This document shows positions 55,121 to 64,000 of a stretch of DNA of 64,000 nt, one piece after another (position 1 is the stretch's first letter; each line of letters starts with the position of its first letter). Position numbers and translations under genes: made by a program. Source of the stretch: Tubiluchus corallicola (Eukaryota; Animalia; Priapulida); NCBI GenBank assembly GCA_030141605.1, contig JAQGDQ010000954.1, positions 12,851 to 76,850 of the forward strand, given 5' to 3'. The notes beneath the pieces are model-generated. The model made no database searches. It saw only the letters and a program-made list of their open reading frames with translations, and was not told the DNA's origin.

Positions 55121-55398
55121 GTGACACCTGGTGCAGAATTAATGCACTACCCTTGTTGCTTCTCTTTCGGATTTCTGGTTAACAGCTTACTTGTAAAAAT
55201 TCCGTCGTCTAAACGCTTTTCTAACCATTTTGAGATTGTGCAACTTAAACAGCAATTCTGAAAATGCATAATTTTTGTACAAAATGGCACCTCTATTTAA
55301 ATAACTTAAATTGTACTAACTCGTTGATTTTATATTTTCAAATTTGGTACTAACGGTTTTTATACGTAATGAGAACGTGTCTTGGGTAGTATGCTCAA
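53990..55398 (+). repeat. Left arm of a large inverted duplication (partner 62466-64000, running off the window)
   Basis: Reverse-complement alignment by eye: 53990 pairs with 64000 and 55398 with 62466. The arms show scattered SNPs, small indels and different trinucleotide-repeat lengths; the same 72-aa ORF occurs at 54964 (+) and 62910 (-). Confidence 0.95.
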
Positions 55399-56616
55399 CC
55401 TAAACCCGACTCACTTCTCATCCCGACTCACTTCTCATCCCTACTCAACGTAAACCCGACTCACTTCTCATCCCTACTCAACCTAAACCTAGAACTTGGC
55501 ATTCCTACTCAACCTAAACCCGACTCACTTCTCATTCTCATCCCGACTCACTTCTCATCCCTACTCAACGTAAACCCGACTCACTTCTCATCCCTACTCA
55601 ACCTAAACCCGACTCACTTCTCATCCCTACTCAACCTAAACCAACCACCACCAACCAAACCCACCACCCACCCGACTCACTTCTCATCCCTACTCAACGT
55701 AAACCCGACTCACTTCTCATCCCTACTCAACGTAAACCCGACTCACTTCTCATCCCTACTCAACCTAAACCCTAAACCCGACTCACTTCTCATCCCTACT
55801 CAACCTAAACCCGACTCACTTCTCATCCCTACTCAACCTAAACCCGACTCACTTCTCATCCCTACTCAACGTAAACCCGACTCACTTCTCATCCCTACTC
55901 AACCTAAACCTAGAACTTGGCATTCCTACTCAACCTAAACCCGACTCACTTCTCATCCCTACTCAACCTAAACCCGACTCACTTCTCATCCCTACTCAAC
56001 CTAAACCCGACTCACTTCTCATCCCTACTCAACCTAAACCCGACTCACTTCTCATCCCTACTCAACCTAAACCTAGAACTTGGCATTCCTACTCAACCTA
56101 AACCCGACTCACTTCTCATCCCTACTCAACCTAAACCCGACTCACTTCTCATTCCTACTCAACCTAAACCCGACTCACTTCTCATCCCTACTCAACCTAA
56201 ACCCGACTCACTTCTCGTTCCTACTCAACCTAAACCCGACTCACTTCTCGCCCCTACTCAACCTAAACCCGACTCACTTCTCGCCCCTACTCAACGTAAA
56301 CCCGACTCACTTCTCGCCCCTACTCAACCTAAACCCGACTCACTTCTCGCCCCTACTCAACGTAAACCCGACTCACTTCTCATCCCTACTCAACCTAAAC
56401 CCGACTCACTTCTCGCCCCTACTCAACCTAAACCCGACTCACTTCTCATCCCTACTCAACGTAAACCCGACTCACTTCTCATCCCTACTCAACCTAAACC
56501 CGACTCACTTCTCATCCCTACTCAACCTAAACCCGACTCACTTCTTGTCCCTACTCAACCTAAACCCGACTCACTTCTCATCCCTACTCAACCTAAACCT
56601 AGAACTTGGCATTCCT
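55394..56616. repeat. 33-bp C-rich minisatellite at the fold-back junction
   Basis: Unit ctactcaacctaaacccgactcacttctcatcc, interrupted by ctagaacttggcattc variants; garbled stretch at 55641-55670. Confidence 0.95.
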
Positions 56617-57569
56617 AGAAGAAGAGCAAAAATAAAAGCAAATAAAAGATAGTAGTACTGACTACTTACTGGAGAATCTTTTGGCTGTTTCTGACGCACT
56701 TTTATATCGAAATGTTTCCCCTTGTCTTTATCATCGTCGTCGTCATCATCGCTTTCGATCACGAGCCCGCAGTTCTCGCACACCAAACCCGAATCCATTA
56801 TTTCGTAACCCACACCTAAGATGCTGTCGGCAACTTTTGCGTGCTGGTTAGCAAGTTTCTGTAGCTGCTTCCTGTGAGAATAGAAATTAGTCAACCATCT
56901 AATAAAACTGTGATAACATTCTGAAGTTAGCACAGGTGCAGCGATAGACACCAGACTGCAAAGGATCTGAGTTCGAATCCCAACGAGTGCATCAAAACTA
57001 CTCAGGTTTATTTATTGTAATTTTTCTTCATGACCAGTTTATAAAATAAATCCTACTGAGGCTTTTACCACCACGGATTCTATGTAAGCTGTTAGACGCT
57101 AGTAACTAGACAAGAATAAGGTAAATAAATACGTTTTTAATCGATACAAAAGTTGTAGATATAATTTTAATAAGACAACCCAAGTTATAAAAGCAATACG
57201 TAAGCCCACAAATCTATAAACAACTCTTATGTATGTAGCATTTTCATAGAGTTTTAGATATTCAACTTAACGGTTTATATATAGTCAACAATTACCTAAC
57301 CATAAATAATTAAAAGAGGAAGAAGCTGAAAAATTTTGAGTCAATCTGATTTCGAACCCAGAACCTTCTGGCGTCAGCAAAAAGCAAACTAATGTTTGAG
57401 CTATCAAGCCACTTCTCTAACTACTAGCATGCACTCGGTCAGAGCCATCTATCCATTATTTCGGAAAGTAGGGAAATCAATGTAATCAAACGAGTTGGCC
57501 TTATTCAATTCAATAATTTTTTATTTGGCTGATTTGCAACACAAAACATTAAACTATAGACATAATGAT

Positions 57570-57975
57570 TAGGGGTGAGCATTCTCTACCGGAAAGCGAA
57601 TTCGAATCGAACCGATTTTGTGACTTTCGAATTCGAATCGAACCGAACTTCAGTGTTTCGAATTCGAACCGAATTCGAATTGAGATTAAAAGATTTTCGA
57701 ACAAGTTTTCGAACCACTAGTAAAAATTAGTCTTACAAAGATCATGCATATCACTCAATTTTGTTCTGCAATAAAAGGACTAGTAATTTGTTTAAAGTTG
57801 TGTGCAGAAATCACAGCTAAATTATGCTAATAGCATGATGTTTCAATCGTTTTAATGATGAGGAACATATGTGATTGAGGTGTTGAATTATTCGAATCTA
57901 TAGTTTTGAATTCGAATTGAGTTCGAACTAAAAAACTCGTTCGAATCGAATTCGAGCGTTCGATGCTCACCCCTA
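57570..57975. mobile_element. hAT-like MITE with TTCGAA-rich subterminal repeats
   Basis: TIR TAGGGGTGAGCAT; TSD ATAATGAT/ACAATGAT. Confidence 0.8.
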
Positions 57976-58824
57976 ACAATGATAATAATGATACAATAAT
58001 AAAAACAGGTACGCTTTGAAATATGTACAAATCAGCCTCAAGGGGAGTAGGAGCGTGAGCTTTCGAGACTCACCGCTAGATGGCGCAAACACATGCATGG
58101 TGCAGAAATACATACAAAATGGCTCAAAGTTAAAACAATATTCAGCTATAAAAACAATTAATAATAATAATAATGACAAATGAGATTAGAGGTATTTAAA
58201 AACGCCAATTAGCAGGTTAGGTAACGAGTTACTAACAAATCAAAAACATGCTTTTTAAAACCTTGTAATTGATCTTTTGCAAAAGGAGGAATTTGATTAA
58301 CTCGTATATTCTCTTAACTAAACCGCTACCGAGAGTTGTGCAGTTGCTCACCGAATGGTTTTTGTTGGTGGTTTAATTTTATGCATTAGCTGTGATTTGC
58401 TACCAGAAACGCTGGAGCATTTACACTGCTTCTTTGATGACGGCGAACAGGGACATTTCTTTTCTACAAAAAGACAATATCAAATTAGCAAAAACCGGTA
58501 AACACTTTACTATGTAATTCTTTACAGTAAGAATCAATCGATTTTACATAAACACTGACAATATCATTTATAAAAAATTGAACTAAAATTTTCGATAAAT
58601 TTAGACGTTTTTCAAAAATTTACAGAAATTTGAAGAAATTTTATTATCACAAACGATTTTGTTTCAAGAACGCGCTAGTTTGCATCTTCACATCTGTTAT
58701 AGAAATCTGAAAATGAGAAGGATGTTCTTGAAATGCCATCAATTATGATAATAAAATTTTGCTGTTACTTTATGTAAAATTACAGTAAACATTTGCCTAA
58801 AAGTTTTTTCTGGTTAAACAGATT

Positions 58825-59565
58825 CTTTCCATAGTAACAGTTACTTTTTCAATAGCGACAGTTACTTTTTCAATAGCGACAGTTACTTTTTCCATAGCGA
58901 CAGTTACTTTTTCCATAGCGACAGTTACTTTTTCCATAGCGACAGTTACCTTTTCAATAGCGACAGTTACTTTTTCAATAGGAACAGTTACTTTTTCAAT
59001 AGCGACAGTTACTTTTTCAATAGCGACAGTTACTTTTTCCATAGCGACAGTTACTTTTTCCATAGCGACAGTTACTTTTTCCATAGCGACAGTTACCTTT
59101 TCAATAGCGACAGTTACTTTTTCAATAGGAACAGTTACTTTTTCAATAGCGACAGTTACTTTTTCAATAGCGACAGTTACTTTTTCCATAGCGACAGTTA
59201 CTTTTTCCATAGCGACAGTTACTTTTTCCATAGCGACAGTTACCTTTTCAATAGCGACAGTTACCTTTTCAATAGCGACAGTTACTTTTTCAATAGCGAC
59301 AGTTACTTTTTCAATAGCAACAGCTACTTTTTCAATAGCGACAGTTACTTTTTCCATAGCGACAGTTACTTTTTCAATAGCGACAGTTACCTTTTCAATA
59401 GCGACAGTTACTTTTTCAATAGGAACAGTTACTTTTTCAATAGTGACAGTTACTTTTTCAATAGCGACAGTTACTTTTTCCATAGCGACAGTTACTTTTT
59501 CAATAGGAACAGTTACTTTTTCAATAGTGAAAGTTACTTTTTCAATAGCGACAGTTACTTTTTCA
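58825..59565. repeat. 21-bp minisatellite, ~35 copies
   Basis: Unit ttcaatagcgacagttacttt; source of the EKVTVAI pseudo-ORF. Confidence 0.96.
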
Positions 59566-60096
59566 ACAATAACAAAAGTAACAATAATAACAAATACTTT
59601 TCAAAATTAGCAGTATCTTTTTCAACAAAAATAGACACTTTTATGACATCAACAAGTAGATTTTTTGATAGTAGCAGTTATTTTTTCAATAGCAGCCACT
59701 ACTTTTTTAATAATAGCATATACTATTCCAAAAGCAGCAAACGCTTTTTCAAAAGTAACAGATACTATTCCAAAAGCAGCAAATGCTTTTTCAACAGTAA
59801 CAGATACTATTCCAAAAGCAGCAAATGCTTTTTCAGTAGAAGCAGATATGTCTTTGATAGTAGCAAATATTTTTTTTGACAGTAGAAAATACTTTTTCAA
59901 TGGCAGTGGATACTTTTCAATAGTAGCAGTTACTTTTCCAATATTAGCAGATGGTTTTTCAATAGCAGTACATATTTTTCAAATATAGTAAGTACTTTTT
60001 CAGTAGCAGTGAATGTTATTCTACTATGCAGATGAGGCCGGCGGTCTTCGATTACATAATAGATACACAATTATAAAATCAAAAAAATAAATTTAC

Positions 60097-60559
60097 TATA
60101 GGTTTTACATGTCAAATGTAGACCTGCGTTAACTCAAATGTAGACTTAGGTAGTTCAAATGTGTTAACAATGGTTTTCAACAAATCTTAAGCGTTTTTGG
60201 TAAGTCAAATGTAGACACATGTCAAGTCAAATGTGACATTGGTATCTCAAATGTGGATAGGTGGTAAAGTTTAAGGAAGTAAAATTTAATCTTGTTTAAT
60301 TTAAATTTAATAATTGCTCCCAAGTTAAAATAACAACGTTATAGGTCTACTAATAGATGCACTATCTTTGGTTTATCTTTTTCTAATTTGCACTTAAGTA
60401 ACTTAATTACCGATTTATTCAAAGTAATGCATCTACATTTGACTTACCTAAGTCACATTTGAGTTACCAAAACACATTCGAAATTCCTATGTCTACATTT
60501 GACTTACCAAAGTCACATTTGAACTTTCCTGTGCCTACATTTGACGTGTAAAACCTATA
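60097..60559. mobile_element. MITE with ~25-bp TIRs and caaatgtagac-type subterminal repeats
   Basis: tataggttttacatgtcaaatgtag ... ctacatttgacgtgtaaaacctata. Confidence 0.7.
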
Positions 60560-60839
60560 AATGCATTTGTCCATTTAAGTAGCATTGCTAGAACAGTGTA
60601 ATGATTTGAAAAGAAAAAAATTGAAAACCAACTCGTTCTTCCATTGAGAATACATTTTACAGCAAGCTTAATACAATATTTCAGTAGAGGCAATCATATC
60701 ACATCAGCTGTAAGGAAGTATAGTTAGTAAATTACACAGTAGCTATTACTAAATCATGCCGACATGCTAATAACATAAAATAAATGTTAGTAATGAGGCA
60801 TGTGAACAAGAAAATATTAGAAATTCAGAGATGAGCTTA

Positions 60840-61830
60840 TTACGCCAGACATGGCATTTAGCAAGACAATGACCAGTCACTACGCCAGACATGGCATTTA
60901 GCAAGACAATGACCAGTCATTATGCCAGACATGGCATTTAGCAAGACAATGACCAGTCATTATGCCAGACATGGCATTTAGCAAGACAATGACCAGTCAT
61001 TACGCCAGACATGGCATTTAGCAAGACAATGACCAGTCATTAGCCAGACATGGCATTTAGCAAGACAATGACCAGTCATTATGCCAGACATGGCATTTAG
61101 CAAGACAATGACCAGTCATTATGCCAGACATGGCATTTAGCAAGACAATGACCAGTCATTATGCCAGACATGGCATTTAGCAAGACAATGACCAGTCATT
61201 ATGCCAGACATGGCATTTAGCAAGACAATGACCAGTCATTAGCCAGACATGGCATTTAGCAAGACAATGACCAGTCATTACGCCAGACATGGCATTTAGC
61301 AAGACAATGACCAGTCATTATGCCAGACATGGCATTTAGCAAGACAATGACCAGTCATTATGCCAGACATGGCATTTAGCAAGACAATGACCAGTCATTA
61401 TGCCAGACATGACATTTAGCAAGACAATGACCAGTCATTATGCCAGATATGGCATTTAGCAAGACAATGACCAGTCATTACGCCAGACATGGCATTTAGC
61501 AAGACAATGACCAGTCATTATGCCAGACATGGCATTTAGCAAGACAATGACCAGTCATTATGCCAGACATGGCATTTAGCAAGACAATGACCAGTCATTA
61601 TGCCAGACATGGCATTTAGCAAGACAATGACCAGTCATTATGCCAGACATGGCATTTAGCAAGACAATGACCAGTCATTTAACCAGACATGGCATTTAGC
61701 AAGACAATGACCAGTCATTATGCCAGACATGGCATTTAGCAAGACAATGACCAGTCATTATGCCAGACATGGCATTTAGCAAGACAATGACCAGTCATTA
61801 TGCCAGACATGGCATTTAACAAGACAATTA
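60840..61830. repeat. 40-bp minisatellite, ~25 copies
   Basis: Unit tatgccagacatggcatttagcaagacaatgaccagtcat. Confidence 0.97.
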
Positions 61831-62465
61831 GCTGTCATTATTGCCTACAGCCTTTTCTAAAGAGTTTTTTAAAGAACTTTGGCTCTCTGCAAGGCATTCA
61901 GTGCTCAAGGCATTTACTCGATAAACACGGCTGTGGTGGAAGGAAAAGCTATCACATTATCAAGAATGGTCATCTAAGATGGACCACTGGACAGGCGAGG
62001 TGTCTCAAACATGCATCCGTCCACAAACATGTAAATACCCACGGGTAGACAAATCTGTATGATATGCGTATTGAATCTATTAGTCACCAGTCCATTCACT
62101 GACCATGGTCAGCAATGCATAACTTTGTAAGCACAACGGGTAACCACTGAACTATTCATGTTACGCCAAAATGTTACAATTTGATTCAGTGAAGATAATC
62201 TGCACAAATGACCGGTGGTAAAATAAGCCATTCATTATTCAAGTGTTTAACAGCAAATGCGATCACAGCCTCGGTCAAATCAGGAAAAGGATGATTTTGT
62301 TCTGCTAAATGTGTTAACAGAACTATTCTTATTCTTTCTAGTTCAGAAGCTGCTGCTTTGTTGATGCTGGAGAGTATTCAGTATGCAGTTTTTTAATTAT
62401 GAAAATAACAGGTAAGGGAAACCAATATTAGAACAGAGAGGAGATGACTGTCACCGTCCGACAGA

Positions 62466-64000
<1,535 letters not shown>

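Noticed and set aside
55394-56616. Telomere-like repeat (contains CCTAAA) or Pro-rich protein
   Set aside because: The unit is a complex 33-mer in an intron rather than a simple telomeric repeat, and the ORFs are repeat translations.
56590-56669. Possible 55-nt intron and micro-exon (ttctag|GAATGCCAAGTTCTAG) on the minus strand after exon 18
   Set aside because: The acceptor looks plausible, but the frame runs into TGA within the satellite and no TTC17 homology is recognisable; it cannot be supported without transcripts.
56925-57420. tRNA genes (GTTCGAA B-box-like motifs on both strands)
   Set aside because: No complete cloverleaf can be built; probably decayed tRNA-derived SINE heads.
58797-59483. 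228-aa EKVTVAI coiled-coil-like ORF
   Set aside because: Translation of a 21-bp minisatellite lying in minus-strand intron 16.

Overview
AT-rich, intron-containing animal DNA, probably from an invertebrate (GT-AG introns, invertebrate-type 5S fragment, NIT-domain gene); there is no prokaryotic content and no CRISPR array. Four genes were reconstructed by hand from splice sites and exon phases: the 3' end of an SLC7A9/b(0,+)AT-like transporter, a two-exon TM-NIT-TM protein with no cyclase domain, MRM3, and TTC17. TTC17 exons 1-16 lie on the + strand. A second copy of exon 16 and the phase-compatible exons 17-18 lie on the - strand, a fold-back that is either a real inverted duplication or a haplotype mis-join. 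Introns are packed with minisatellites, MITEs (hAT, Tc1/mariner-pogo, PIF/Harbinger, piggyBac) and RTE-derived short retroelements. The main highlights are: (1) a ~500-bp internally deleted RTE element whose 5' end falls exactly at the cleavage site of a twister ribozyme; (2) the cyclase-less NIT receptor; (3) the TTC17 fold-back; (4) a 5S-headed RTE-type SINE; (5) satellites made from a MITE terminal repeat and from a splice acceptor. All family assignments come from recalled motifs, not database searches.
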